From Candidatus Giovannonibacteria bacterium (GTDB taxonomy: Bacteria > Patescibacteriota > Minisyncoccia > UBA11713 > 2-01-FULL-45-33): a DNA stretch of 64,000 nt. The stretch covers positions 219,040 to 283,039 of the forward strand of contig CP066687.1 of assembly GCA_016432405.1 (NCBI GenBank), read 5' to 3'. The notes beneath the pieces are model-generated. The model did not search any database. It was not told where the DNA came from and saw only the letters and a list, made by a program, of their open reading frames with translations. A program made the position numbers and the translations under genes. Below, one piece after another: positions 37,974 through 47,934 of this stretch (the first letter of the stretch is position 1; each line of letters starts with the position of its first letter).

Positions 37974-38720
37974 ATGAGTACGCAAAACCCGTTTAATAAA
38001 AAAATTGTTCGAGAGCACGATAAGTTATATTTAAGCGAGAATCGCAAACTTAAAGTTAAAGAGAAGTTTAAGTCAATAATACGGATTGCGGATCGTCATT
38101 TGCGGAAACTTACGCGCCCTGAAATATTGGATGTCGGCTGCGCGACCGGCGACTTTCTCCACTATCTGCGCGCGCGCTATCCCAATGCTTCGCTTACCGG
38201 ATTGGATATTATGCCCGCGCTTTTGAAACTGGCAAAACGCGAGGTGCCGCAGGCAAGTTATGTGCGCGGCGATATTTATACGGGAAGAGGACTGCCCAAG
38301 AGTAAATTTGACGCGGTATTTCTTCTGGCCGTGCATAGCATATTTGATGATGTTGGTTCTTGGTTAGATAATTTACTTCGATTGGTAAAACCCAATGGCC
38401 ATATATTTGTCGATGGGCTTTTCAACCCCGAGGATGTTGATGTGGTTATGCGCGTGCGTTATGCAAAGCCGGGTTCGCGCTATCAGCGCGGATGGAATAT
38501 GTTTTCGCAGAAAACAGTGCTTGAACATTTGCGCAAACGAGGCGCGAAGGGCGCCTTTCATCGCTTCGTTATAGGAATCGATATCCCGCGGCATAAGGAC
38601 GACCCCCTGCGATCATGGACTTTTAAGCTTGAAAACGGCGAACGCGCTATCATCAACGGAACGCAAATACTCCACCAGTTCTACTTTTTAGAAATTACTC
38701 TCGGCAAAAATGATTCTTAA
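37974..38720 (+). CDS. Class I SAM-dependent methyltransferase
   Basis: ILDVGCATGDF is motif I; VKPNGHIFV is a later motif. Confidence 0.65.
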   Translation: MSTQNPFNKKIVREHDKLYLSENRKLKVKEKFKSIIRIADRHLRKLTRPEILDVGCATGDFLHYLRARYPNASLTGLDIMPALLKLAKREVPQASYVRGDIYTGRGLPKSKFDAVFLLAVHSIFDDVGSWLDNLLRLVKPNGHIFVDGLFNPEDVDVVMRVRYAKPGSRYQRGWNMFSQKTVLEHLRKRGAKGAFHRFVIGIDIPRHKDDPLRSWTFKLENGERAIINGTQILHQFYFLEITLGKNDS

Positions 38721-39942
38721 TAAAGGCAGGATTAAGAAAACAGAAAGTGAGACCCTCAAAACTTTTCGGGAAGAAATTCCTTCGCAATACTTTTCCCATA
38801 AAAACGAAGCCGCGTACAGGGATTATGTAAAGAACGCCGAATTTGTTTATAGAGAGCTGTTCAAATTCCCTCCGCAAATGTTTCGCGGCGCGGAACTTAT
38901 AGACTTCGGGGCGGGAACGGGGGAAAACACCGTGTATCTTGCAAGCTGGGGCGCCAAGTGCACGCTTGTTGAAATGAATTCCAAAGCGCAGAGCATCTCA
39001 AAAGAGGTGTTTAAACAATACGCGCGGAATTTTGACGACCATACTTTTATTTGTTCATCGATTTTTGATTATAGCCCGGAGAGCGGCAAGCTGTATGACA
39101 TTGTTCATTGCAGGGCCGTGCTCTCGCACACCGCAGCAAAGGAAATTGCTTTCCAAAAAATCGCGAGGATGGTCAAACCGGGCGGATTTCTGATTTTCGG
39201 AGACCCAAATAAGGCCGGGGGATTCCAGAATATGCTGCAGCGCTTCGCTGTCTATCATTTTGCTTCAACGCCCGACGAAATGGTAGAGGTTTGCGAATTT
39301 CTTTTTAAAGAAGACATTGACCGCAGTGAGAAGTTTATTCCTCGCACGCGCCGCGCCATCATTTTTGACAGATGGGTAATTCAATCCCAGGACGACCCTT
39401 CTGTTGCGGAAGTTACTGGCTGGATAAAGAAGAGCGGCATGCGTTTATATTCGTCATACCCCTCGTTCACGATGCCCCTTTTGGGGGACTCGCTGCATCA
39501 CCAGCCAAAGTTTGATGCTGCATCTGTATCTAATCTTGCTAGTCTTGGCGCGCTTACCGAACTGGTTTGGATGCTGCAGACAGAATCGGATAGCAAGGTC
39601 TTTCCCAAATTCATGAGCGGGCTGAATCCGCTTGCGGCGGCGCTTGCGAATCTTACATCATATGTGGCGAACTTCAATAAAAATACAAAGCTCGATGTTG
39701 GCCGTTTTCAAGAATTATCGCGCGCGCTGGCAAATTCTTCCGACGCGCTGAATTTTCTCCAGCCCCTTCGCGAGAAGCTTCTGCGAGCTCTTGGGGAAGC
39801 CGACGAGTTTGTTAGTTTGGTTCATACATCCGACTTAAATAAACTGCGCAAGTTTATAGAAAAAACAGAGGTTCTTTTTAAGGGCGCTTGCGGCTTGCGC
39901 CATGCGGATTTCATCGCTTACAAACCAATAGAGAATCGTTAA
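38710..39942 (+). CDS. SAM-dependent methyltransferase domain protein with a C-terminal extension
   Basis: LIDFGAGTGEN is motif I; VKPGGFLIF is a later motif; 410 aa. Confidence 0.55.
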   Translation: MILNKGRIKKTESETLKTFREEIPSQYFSHKNEAAYRDYVKNAEFVYRELFKFPPQMFRGAELIDFGAGTGENTVYLASWGAKCTLVEMNSKAQSISKEVFKQYARNFDDHTFICSSIFDYSPESGKLYDIVHCRAVLSHTAAKEIAFQKIARMVKPGGFLIFGDPNKAGGFQNMLQRFAVYHFASTPDEMVEVCEFLFKEDIDRSEKFIPRTRRAIIFDRWVIQSQDDPSVAEVTGWIKKSGMRLYSSYPSFTMPLLGDSLHHQPKFDAASVSNLASLGALTELVWMLQTESDSKVFPKFMSGLNPLAAALANLTSYVANFNKNTKLDVGRFQELSRALANSSDALNFLQPLREKLLRALGEADEFVSLVHTSDLNKLRKFIEKTEVLFKGACGLRHADFIAYKPIENR

Positions 39943-39950
39943 AAAACAAT

Positions 39951-41084
39951 ATGAAAATCAACAGTCATAACGAATGGGACAAACTTCGGGAGATTATTGT
40001 TGGCCGCGGCGAAGGCCAGGCGCCACTTTTGTTTACAGAGCCCGGCCCGATTTCGGAGACTCTTTTGGAAAAAGCCAATCGTTTGGCGCGCGAAGCCTCG
40101 CCCAAATGGCTAATTGACGAAATAAATGAAGATTTAGAGGGATTAAGCGACGCGCTTAAATCCTTCGGCGTTAAGGTACATCGGCCGGAGACGTCGCATA
40201 TAAATAATTTCTTTGCAACGCCTTACTTCCGGGCGGCCGGAGATTATTGCTACAACATGAGAGACCTTCATCTTGTTGTTGGAAATACTGTTATTGAATC
40301 TCCATCTCAAGAAAAACATAGATATTTTGAGGCATCTGGTCTCTATGATATTTGGTATGAATATTTCAAAGAAGGATTTCGCTGGATTGCCGGGCCGAAG
40401 CCGAAACTTGCCGGCAATCCCATGATTACTTATTATGATGGCGAAAAAGATGAGTACGAAGACGGGCAGAAATTTATAAAATTAACCGAAAATGAAATTC
40501 TTTTTGAGGCAGCCAATACCGTGAGAATGGGCAAAGACTTGCTTTATCTGGTATCCAGATCAGGCAATAATCTTGGCGCAAAATGGTTGCAGAGCGTATT
40601 GGGTGATGAATATCGCGTGCACACTACTGAAAAAATTTACCGCTCCAGCCATATTGACTCAACTGTTTTGGCTTTGCGTCCTGGTCTTGTTTTGCTTAAT
40701 GCGACAAGGGTGTCGCCGGAGACTTGCCCTCCGATTTTAGATTCGTGGGAGAAAATTTATTTTACTGATATTGTTCCGGCGCCGGAGTCAACTGTAAAAT
40801 TTCACAAAGAGGTTCGTAAAAAGGTTCATGCCGAGCTTGCGTCTTTGGGCGTTCAATCAAGCCTTGATTCTATAGCATCGGATTGGATTGGCATGAATAT
40901 TCTTTCGGTGGATCCAAGCACCGTAATCGTTGACGAGCGGCAGGTTTCTTTAATCAATCTTTTAAAAAAACACAAAATTACTCCGGTCCCAATCCGCTTC
41001 AGACATTCTTATTACATGGGCGGCATCCATTGCAGCACACTGGACACGGTCAGAGAAAGCAAGCTGGAGAGCTATTTCAGTTAA
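39951..41084 (+). CDS. Amidinotransferase superfamily enzyme (guanidino-group modifying enzyme fold; glycine/inosamine amidinotransferase-like)
   Basis: C-terminal GGIHCSTLD is the catalytic Cys motif of the amidinotransferase/ADI/DDAH fold; about 378 aa. I chose the ATG at 39951, after the upstream stop at 39942. Confidence 0.5.
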   Translation: MKINSHNEWDKLREIIVGRGEGQAPLLFTEPGPISETLLEKANRLAREASPKWLIDEINEDLEGLSDALKSFGVKVHRPETSHINNFFATPYFRAAGDYCYNMRDLHLVVGNTVIESPSQEKHRYFEASGLYDIWYEYFKEGFRWIAGPKPKLAGNPMITYYDGEKDEYEDGQKFIKLTENEILFEAANTVRMGKDLLYLVSRSGNNLGAKWLQSVLGDEYRVHTTEKIYRSSHIDSTVLALRPGLVLLNATRVSPETCPPILDSWEKIYFTDIVPAPESTVKFHKEVRKKVHAELASLGVQSSLDSIASDWIGMNILSVDPSTVIVDERQVSLINLLKKHKITPVPIRFRHSYYMGGIHCSTLDTVRESKLESYFS

Positions 41085-41089
41085 AATCT

Positions 41090-42034
41090 ATGGCATATCC
41101 AAAAAAAATTCCGCACGGGATTATGTTTCATCACTTTTATAATGAAGCGCATCCCCGGGGGCAGGGCGCCATTTCCGCCGACGATTTAGACAACATATTA
41201 CGCTATGTTGGCATTGAAAGAATTTTGCCGCCGCTTGAGTGGTTAAAACGATTGAAAGAAAGCAAATTAAAAGACGGGGATGTTTGCCTGACTTTTGATG
41301 ACGCCCTTTTATGCCAGACGGAAATCGCCTTGCCTGTTTTAGAGAAATACGGTCTTAGGGCTTTTTGGTTTGTTTACTCCGGCGTTTTTGAAGGAAGACT
41401 GGAGAATCTGGAGCTCTACAGATTTTTCCGGGTAAAACATTTTGATAACATAGATGATTTTTATCAATTATTTTTAAAAAAAGTTTCTGATTTGGGAATG
41501 ACTGTACAAGTAAATTCGGAGTTTGAAAAAAAGATGCTGGCGGACTTCCCGTTTTACTCCGTAAATGACGTCCGATTTCGTTTTTTGCGCGACAAAGTGT
41601 TGGGAAAAGAGGATTACGAAAAAATAATGAATACTATGTTAAAAGATTATGGCTTGGACAAAAAAGAAATGTCGAAAAGTTTATGGATGTCGAACAGAAA
41701 TTTAAAATATCTTAGCGATAACGGACATATTGTTGGATTGCATTCTTATTCTCATCCCACATCATTTGCGGATTTGCCTTTTAAAGCGCAACTTGACGAG
41801 TATAAAAAAAATTACTCGCACATAAAACGAGTCACCGGCCAAAACCCGGTTGCCGTAGCGCATCCGGTGAATTCCTACAACGCGGACACGCTGAAGATTT
41901 TGGAAGAGCTAGGCATTATTTGCGGTTTTCGTTCAAATATGTTTCCAAAAACAAAAATGGGGGCGCTTAACGCCAACGCTTTTGAAATGGCCAGAGAAGA
42001 CCACGCCAATATTGCAAGGATGATGGAAACGTGA
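41090..42034 (+). CDS. Polysaccharide deacetylase (NodB homology, CE4-like)
   Basis: VCLTFDDAL is the NodB motif 1; HSYSHP is a His motif. I moved the start to the ATG at 41090. Confidence 0.55.
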   Translation: MAYPKKIPHGIMFHHFYNEAHPRGQGAISADDLDNILRYVGIERILPPLEWLKRLKESKLKDGDVCLTFDDALLCQTEIALPVLEKYGLRAFWFVYSGVFEGRLENLELYRFFRVKHFDNIDDFYQLFLKKVSDLGMTVQVNSEFEKKMLADFPFYSVNDVRFRFLRDKVLGKEDYEKIMNTMLKDYGLDKKEMSKSLWMSNRNLKYLSDNGHIVGLHSYSHPTSFADLPFKAQLDEYKKNYSHIKRVTGQNPVAVAHPVNSYNADTLKILEELGIICGFRSNMFPKTKMGALNANAFEMAREDHANIARMMET

Positions 42035-42071
42035 TAAGGTTCCGAAAGATTACATAAGAGGAGGTGAGGCG

Positions 42072-43256
42072 ATGTCTGAAGCCAAGATATGGATTTTGGA
42101 GAGGGGAGCAAAAAATGTTCTCTTGGCGTGTGGAAATCCGGGCGCTTATTCTGTCGTCGGTCCGTTGGTCGCCGCGCTAAAAGAAGACGCGCTCTGCGAG
42201 ACAATTATTGTTCTGACCTCGGGTTTTTCCAACAATGCGTTTGCCGAACAATTCGGAAAAGATTTTGTTCTGGTCGCCGGGCATAAGCTGGTTTTGGCGG
42301 ATTTGCTTGATCTTGCGGGACGAAAATGCATTGATATTGTTTTCGGAACGCTTAATGCCTTTAATAGTCCGGACGGCGTTGTGCTTTTTGGAGGAAAAAG
42401 TGTTCTTGGGGCTAAAAAGATATTTCTAGTTCTTGAGAGCTGGGGACAGCGGTTTAATCCGATTTTCGCGCCAAACAAGAAAAGAATGGACGAGATAAAC
42501 GGTATTTTTGTAAATGATGAGCTGGCTAAGGCGATTTTCGTTGAGAGCTGCGGTTTCCCGGAAGAAAAAATTTTTGCTACAGGCACGCCGAATTTAGATT
42601 CATTGGATGTGGCGAAAGCTGATAGTCACCGCAAAATGGCGCGAAACGAATGGGGCGTTAGCGAGGGCGATATTGTTATTTTGTACATCGGCGGCATCTC
42701 CAGCGAACTCCGCGATTGGTATGGTGCTAGGGAATATCTTGACGAAATTTCTTTTCGGATTTTGACGGACGAAGTTCAAAGCATTGCCCTGCATTTTCCC
42801 GAGAAGAATTTTGTTCTGGTCTTGCGGCCGCATCCCAGAGATTTGCAAAGAGAAGCCAAGCGCGCTTTGATTAGAAGCGCCGGCGTTTCAAAGAATTTAA
42901 TTTTCAAATCCGGCGGGCCTCCTTTTACCATAAACGACGCCGCTTACGGGGCTGACGTGATCTGCGGCATTATAAGTACGGAGAATTTTCTAGCGCCGCT
43001 TCGCGGCAGAAAAGCGATTTTCCTCGGCCTTAAAGGCAAAAACATGGGTTGGGAGACGTTGGAAGAAGTTTATGGAAAGCCGGGGATTGAGGCGATTGCC
43101 AAAATTTCGCCGGATGTCAAAATAGCCGATTCGCCGGAAAGTTTGGAGGATATTTTGGCCGATTTTGTGACGCGGCCGCGGACCAAGCCGCGCCTTGCTC
43201 CGGATTTTAAATCGGCAAAAAAGATTTTAGATATGGCTTTAGCGCAGGCGCAGTAA
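42072..43256 (+). CDS. Hypothetical protein, possibly GT-B-fold (epimerase/UDP-sugar hydrolase/glycosyltransferase-like)
   Basis: Alternating Rossmann-like beta-alpha pattern; it resembles nothing specific beyond the fold; 394 aa. Confidence 0.3.
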   Translation: MSEAKIWILERGAKNVLLACGNPGAYSVVGPLVAALKEDALCETIIVLTSGFSNNAFAEQFGKDFVLVAGHKLVLADLLDLAGRKCIDIVFGTLNAFNSPDGVVLFGGKSVLGAKKIFLVLESWGQRFNPIFAPNKKRMDEINGIFVNDELAKAIFVESCGFPEEKIFATGTPNLDSLDVAKADSHRKMARNEWGVSEGDIVILYIGGISSELRDWYGAREYLDEISFRILTDEVQSIALHFPEKNFVLVLRPHPRDLQREAKRALIRSAGVSKNLIFKSGGPPFTINDAAYGADVICGIISTENFLAPLRGRKAIFLGLKGKNMGWETLEEVYGKPGIEAIAKISPDVKIADSPESLEDILADFVTRPRTKPRLAPDFKSAKKILDMALAQAQ

Positions 43257-43276
43257 CTCATTACTGCGCTCTTTTT
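43248..43276. terminator. Bidirectional rho-independent terminator between convergent genes
   Basis: GCGCAGTAA-CTCA-TTACTGCGC perfect 9-bp stem followed by TCTTTTTAT. Confidence 0.6.
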
Positions 43277-44069
43277 ATCCAATATACGGATTTAGAAATT
43301 TTGAGAAGTCGCGATTTTTTAATTTTCCCAAAACCGTTTCCGGCGCGGGCAAATTATCCAGATAATCTCGCGCCACCTCATCGGTGAAATCCGCGCCTCT
43401 AGTGTATTTTATCTGCAAAGATTTATCCTGCGGCACCGGCGTCATTTTATCAATCTTGCCGTTTTTGATGTTTTCAATTAAACCTTTGTGGGCGGCTTTT
43501 ACCGCTCTCATGCCTAGCAGGAGTGGGTCGCCGATCGGCTCGGGGAACGCGTGAAAAAGCATATCGCCGGAATCCAAACCGCGGCTTAAAAGATGAATTG
43601 TTGCGCCAACATAATCAAAGTTTCCATGATAGGCCGCCCAAAAATTGCAGGAATTCCCGCGGTAATAAGGCGAGGTTCCAATATGGATGTTGTACGTTCT
43701 ATTCTTGACCAAAAACTCAACCAGCGGGCCTTTTATATAGCTTGAGCCAAAGACAATGTATTTATCCGATTTTAAGGCATCCGACAAAGTCTCCATGTTC
43801 AGCATGCTTAAATCGCCGGCTTTTATTGACAGCACCCGCACATTTTTAGGCAGAAATCTTGGCGCGCCGAAAATTTGCCTCTCCGGTTCAATAACCGCGC
43901 TCTTAAAATATTTCTGCATTATTTCCGTTTTGTTGTAAAAATCAGCCACCTCGCCGGTGAAAACGGTAAAGGATTCTATTACCGCGTAAACCTCCTCGGC
44001 AATTTTGGACAAATCTTCTATTAAAGAGATGTGGCGCGCCTGATTGCTTGTGAATATGGTTATTTTCAT
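43275..44069 (-). CDS. Formyltransferase-domain protein (Formyl_trans_N; sugar N-formyltransferase candidate)
   Basis: YNIHIGTSPYYRGNSCNFWAAYHG matches the hxSLLPxxRG formyltransferase motif; 264 aa. Confidence 0.5.
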   Translation of the reverse strand: MKITIFTSNQARHISLIEDLSKIAEEVYAVIESFTVFTGEVADFYNKTEIMQKYFKSAVIEPERQIFGAPRFLPKNVRVLSIKAGDLSMLNMETLSDALKSDKYIVFGSSYIKGPLVEFLVKNRTYNIHIGTSPYYRGNSCNFWAAYHGNFDYVGATIHLLSRGLDSGDMLFHAFPEPIGDPLLLGMRAVKAAHKGLIENIKNGKIDKMTPVPQDKSLQIKYTRGADFTDEVARDYLDNLPAPETVLGKLKNRDFSKFLNPYIG

Positions 44070-44128
44070 TTCTCAATTATTATAAATGCGCAGAAAACTT
44101 AATGCAAGCGCCGTTTGTTTAAATATTA

Positions 44129-45271
44129 ATGAGGGAAATCGCTTATGTTTCGGGAACGCGGGCGGATTTTGGGCTGATGGCGCCGGTTTTGCGCGCTGTG
44201 CAAAAAAGCAAAAAACTGAAACTCCAGCTTTATATAACCGGCATGCATCTTATGCCTCGGTTCGGCAAAACCATAAATGAGGTGAGGAAATTTTTTCCAG
44301 CCGCCAAACACATTGACGCCGTTTTTGAAACGGATGATAGATTTGGCATGGCGCGGTTTGCCGGAGAATTTTTAAAAAAAGTCGCGGCGGTTTTTGAAAA
44401 ACAGAGGCCGGATACAGTTTTAATTTTGGGAGACCGGATTGAGATGCTGCTTACGGCCGCCGCCGCGCTTTATCTCGGCGTTCCCGTCGCACACATCCAC
44501 GGAGGCGAAAAAACTTTTACTTTGGACGAAGTCGCGCGGCACGCGATTACGAAAATGGCGCACATCCATTTCGCGGCCACAAAAGAATCTGCTGAAAGAA
44601 TTAGAAAGATGGGGGAGGAGGCGCGGAGAATCCATGTTGTCGGCGCGCCGGCGCTTGATGTAATTTTAAATGAAAAATTGCCGACTCGGGCGGAACTTTT
44701 TCAAAAACTGGGGATTAATCCTGAAGAGAAAGTTATTTTGCTAACCCAGCACCCTGTTAGCGAGGAGTTTAATGACGCCGGCAGGCAGATAAAAGAAACT
44801 CTGGCCGCGGTGAAATCTTTCGGGTTGCCCGTTGTGGCTATTTACCCGAATGCCGACCCCGGCGGAAGAGAAATTATTAAAGCCATTGAGAAAGAAAGGA
44901 AAAACCCGCTATTCAGGATATTCAAAAGCTTGGGGCATAAAGATTTTTTGGCGCTGGAGCGGGAAGCCGCGGTCTGGGTTGGGAATTCCAGCGCCGCGAT
45001 GATTGAATCCTCGTCTTTTAAGACGCCGTGCGTGAACGTAGGCGCGCGCCAATTGGGCCGCCGGCGCGGGGGAAACGTGATAGACGTCGGCTACAGCCGC
45101 TCTGAAATTAAAAAAGCAATAAAAAAGTCCTTGTACGATAAAAAATATCTGGTCCGGCTGAAAAAAATAAAAAATCCGTGGGGCGACGGCAAAACCGGCC
45201 CTCGTATTGCCAAGATTTTGGAGGATTTGGAAATCAACCGGAAATTATTGACTAAGCAAATCACTTATTAA
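44129..45271 (+). CDS. neuC: UDP-N-acetylglucosamine 2-epimerase (hydrolysing), NeuC/LegG family
   Basis: YVSGTRADFGLMAPVL...DTVLILGDRIEMLL...HIHGGE; 380 aa. Confidence 0.65.
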   Translation: MREIAYVSGTRADFGLMAPVLRAVQKSKKLKLQLYITGMHLMPRFGKTINEVRKFFPAAKHIDAVFETDDRFGMARFAGEFLKKVAAVFEKQRPDTVLILGDRIEMLLTAAAALYLGVPVAHIHGGEKTFTLDEVARHAITKMAHIHFAATKESAERIRKMGEEARRIHVVGAPALDVILNEKLPTRAELFQKLGINPEEKVILLTQHPVSEEFNDAGRQIKETLAAVKSFGLPVVAIYPNADPGGREIIKAIEKERKNPLFRIFKSLGHKDFLALEREAAVWVGNSSAAMIESSSFKTPCVNVGARQLGRRRGGNVIDVGYSRSEIKKAIKKSLYDKKYLVRLKKIKNPWGDGKTGPRIAKILEDLEINRKLLTKQITY

Positions 45272-45273
45272 AA

Positions 45274-46335
45274 ATGAACGGCTTGATTATCAGCGGCTAC
45301 GAAGTAAATTACGGCAATCCGCCGTTTATTATTGCTGAAGCGGGGGTTAATCATAACGGCGATTTTGATTTGGCGCTGAAACTAATTGACGCCGCGTCAA
45401 ACGCGGGAGCTGACGCGGTGAAATTCCAGACATTCCGTGCCGAGCAGGTTGTGACCGGAGCGGGCAAGATGGCCGATTATCAGAAAAAGAACATTGGCGC
45501 CGAAGAAAGCCAGCTGGAGATGTTAAGGAAATTGGAATTAAAAGAAGACTGGTATCCCGCATTGATCAAGCGCGCCAAAGAAAAAGGAATAATTTTTCTT
45601 TCTACGCCGCACGGCGGCTTCCAATCGGTTGATTTGTTGGAGTCCTACGATGTGCCGGCTTTTAAGTTCGGCTCGGGAGACCTTGCGAACACTCCGCTTT
45701 TGGAATACGCGGCGCGCCTCGGCAAGCCGATGCTTATATCAACGGGCATGTCTAATCTGGAAGATGTAAAAGAAGCAGTTGATGCGATAAAAAAAGCCGG
45801 CAACGACCAGATTTTGGTTTTTCATTGCACAACTGATTATCCCTTATCGTCAGAAGATGTTAATCTGCGCGCAATGCAGACATTGATGAAAGAGCTCGGC
45901 GGGCTTGTGGGGTATTCCGACCACACCGTGGGGCCGCAAGCAGCCATCGCGGCAGTTGCTCTTGGCGCCTGTATGATAGAAAAGCATTTTACTTTGGATA
46001 GAAAAATGAAAGGGCCGGATCACATTGCTTCCACCGAACCAAAAGAATTTCAAGAAATGGTTGCAATGTTAAAACAGGTGCCGCTAATGATGGGCAGTGG
46101 CGTAAAAGAGCTTCTTCCTGCCGAGCGCCAATACGTGACCGTGGCGAGAAAAAGCATTGTTGCCGCCTGCGACATTAAAAAAGGCGAAAAATTCACTCGC
46201 GAAAATCTGGATATCCGCCGCCCCGGCACCGGAATGCCGCCAAAATACTTAAATCAAATCATCGGCAAGACGGCCAAGTCAGGCATTCCAGCCGAAACCT
46301 TGATTAGCGAGGAAATGTTTTCTAATCAGGGTTAG
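45274..46335 (+). CDS. neuB: Nonulosonic acid synthase (NeuB/LegI/PseI family) with a C-terminal SAF domain
   Basis: FIIAEAGVNHNGD...KFQTF; 353 aa. Confidence 0.75.
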   Translation: MNGLIISGYEVNYGNPPFIIAEAGVNHNGDFDLALKLIDAASNAGADAVKFQTFRAEQVVTGAGKMADYQKKNIGAEESQLEMLRKLELKEDWYPALIKRAKEKGIIFLSTPHGGFQSVDLLESYDVPAFKFGSGDLANTPLLEYAARLGKPMLISTGMSNLEDVKEAVDAIKKAGNDQILVFHCTTDYPLSSEDVNLRAMQTLMKELGGLVGYSDHTVGPQAAIAAVALGACMIEKHFTLDRKMKGPDHIASTEPKEFQEMVAMLKQVPLMMGSGVKELLPAERQYVTVARKSIVAACDIKKGEKFTRENLDIRRPGTGMPPKYLNQIIGKTAKSGIPAETLISEEMFSNQG

Positions 46336-46349
46336 TTAAGGAGGACGAT

Positions 46350-46772
46350 ATGTCTAGAACTAAAGCAAGATTCAAAAATTGGAGAGTGCCGAGAATTCGG
46401 CACGGTAAGCCGACAAAATATAATTGGGTGGTCTTGCGGCCGGAAGGATTAAAACTCGGCAAAAATACGGACATCGGCGCTTATACTTTGATTGCGGCCC
46501 ACTATGGCGTGGAAATAGAGGACGACGTGCAGGTTGGCTCGCACTGCTCGCTTTACTCGTATTCCACGATTGACAATAAAAAGGGGAAAGTGGTGCTCAA
46601 GACAAATTGCCGCATCGGCACGCATAGCTCCGTGATGCCCGGAATTACAATTGGCGAAAACACCATCGTCGGCGCGCATAGTTTTGTAAATAAGAGTTTG
46701 CCGCCCAATGTAATTGCCGTCGGTGTTCCCGCAAGGGTTTTGAGAAAATTGTCCAAGAAACCCCGAGCGTAG
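46350..46772 (+). CDS. Hexapeptide-repeat acetyltransferase (NeuD/PseH/LegH-like)
   Basis: LbH repeats IGTHSSVMPGITIGENTIVGAHSFV; 140 aa. Confidence 0.55.
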   Translation: MSRTKARFKNWRVPRIRHGKPTKYNWVVLRPEGLKLGKNTDIGAYTLIAAHYGVEIEDDVQVGSHCSLYSYSTIDNKKGKVVLKTNCRIGTHSSVMPGITIGENTIVGAHSFVNKSLPPNVIAVGVPARVLRKLSKKPRA

Positions 46773-46788
46773 TCTGGGGGTTTTATAT

Positions 46789-47934
46789 TTGATCATGAAA
46801 AAATATCCTAGCGCAAAGCCGCATATCACCGCTAAAGAAAAAAAATACGTAATAGAAGTTTTAAACTCCGGTATTTTAAGTATCGGCCAAAAACAGGAAC
46901 AATTTGAAAAAAAATTCTCGGAGTTCGTGGGCACCAAGTATGCCATTGCTGTCTCTTCCGGCACGGCGGGGCTGCATCTCGCTATGATTGCGGCCGGCAT
47001 TGGGCCGGGCGATGAAGTAATTACAACGCCTTTTTCGTTTGTCGCGTCCGCCAACGCGATTTTGTACGTCGGCGCCAAGCCGGTTTTTGCGGATATTGAC
47101 CCTTTGACTTACAACATTGACCCGAATAAAATTGAACAAGCTATAACAAAAAAAACCAAAGCGATTTTGGTCGTGCACATCTTCGGCCAGCCGGCGGAAA
47201 TGGCTCCTATTTTGAAAATCGCCAAAAAGCATAATTTAAAAATTATTGAAGACGCCTGCGAATCTCTGGGCGCGAAATACAAAGGCAGGATGGCCGGGAC
47301 ATTCGGCGAATCGGCCGTTTTCGCTTTTTACGCGAACAAGCAAATGACTACCGGCGAAGGCGGAGTCATTGTAACCGGCGATAAAAGGATTTACGAGCTT
47401 TGCAGAAGTTTGCGCAACCAAGGCAGGGCCGAGAATATGCAGTGGCTGGACCACAACCGGCTCGGTTATAATTACCGGATGGACGAGATGAGCGCGGCCG
47501 TCGGCCTTGCGCAGATTGAGAATATTGATTTTCTTTTGAGCGAGCGCCGCATCGCCGATTGGTATCATGAATTTTTGGCGCCGCACGGCGGCTTGATTCA
47601 AGCTCCTCAAACGCATCCGCACAACACCCACACATGGATGGTTTACGTTGTCCGCATCAAAAACCTGCCCGACGGCAAGGCGGGTAAAAATATTAATCGC
47701 GACAGAGTCATACTTGACCTTCAAAAACAGGGAATTAGCACAAAGCCGTATTTGCCTTCAATCCATCTTTTCAGTTTTTACAGAAGCAGGTTTGGATTTA
47801 AACCGGGCGATTACCCGATCTCCGAAGCCGTGAGCGCAAGCGCGCTGGCTTTGCCGTTTTATATAGGCCTGAAAAAACAAGACATTAAATATATATCCAA
47901 TAAAGTCGCTGATGCCGTCAAAAAATACAACTAA
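46789..47934 (+). CDS. DegT family aminotransferase (PseC/LegC-like nucleotide-sugar 4-aminotransferase)
   Basis: ILSIGQKQEQFEKKFSEFVG...AVSSGTAGL...FAFYANKQMT; 381 aa. Confidence 0.7.
   Translation: MIMKKYPSAKPHITAKEKKYVIEVLNSGILSIGQKQEQFEKKFSEFVGTKYAIAVSSGTAGLHLAMIAAGIGPGDEVITTPFSFVASANAILYVGAKPVFADIDPLTYNIDPNKIEQAITKKTKAILVVHIFGQPAEMAPILKIAKKHNLKIIEDACESLGAKYKGRMAGTFGESAVFAFYANKQMTTGEGGVIVTGDKRIYELCRSLRNQGRAENMQWLDHNRLGYNYRMDEMSAAVGLAQIENIDFLLSERRIADWYHEFLAPHGGLIQAPQTHPHNTHTWMVYVVRIKNLPDGKAGKNINRDRVILDLQKQGISTKPYLPSIHLFSFYRSRFGFKPGDYPISEAVSASALALPFYIGLKKQDIKYISNKVADAVKKYN

Noticed and set aside
39888-39950. Upstream extension of the amidinotransferase ORF (MRLAPCGF...)
   Set aside because: It overlaps the 3' end of the preceding gene in another frame. 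The ATG at 39951 follows the upstream stop and starts the conserved region.
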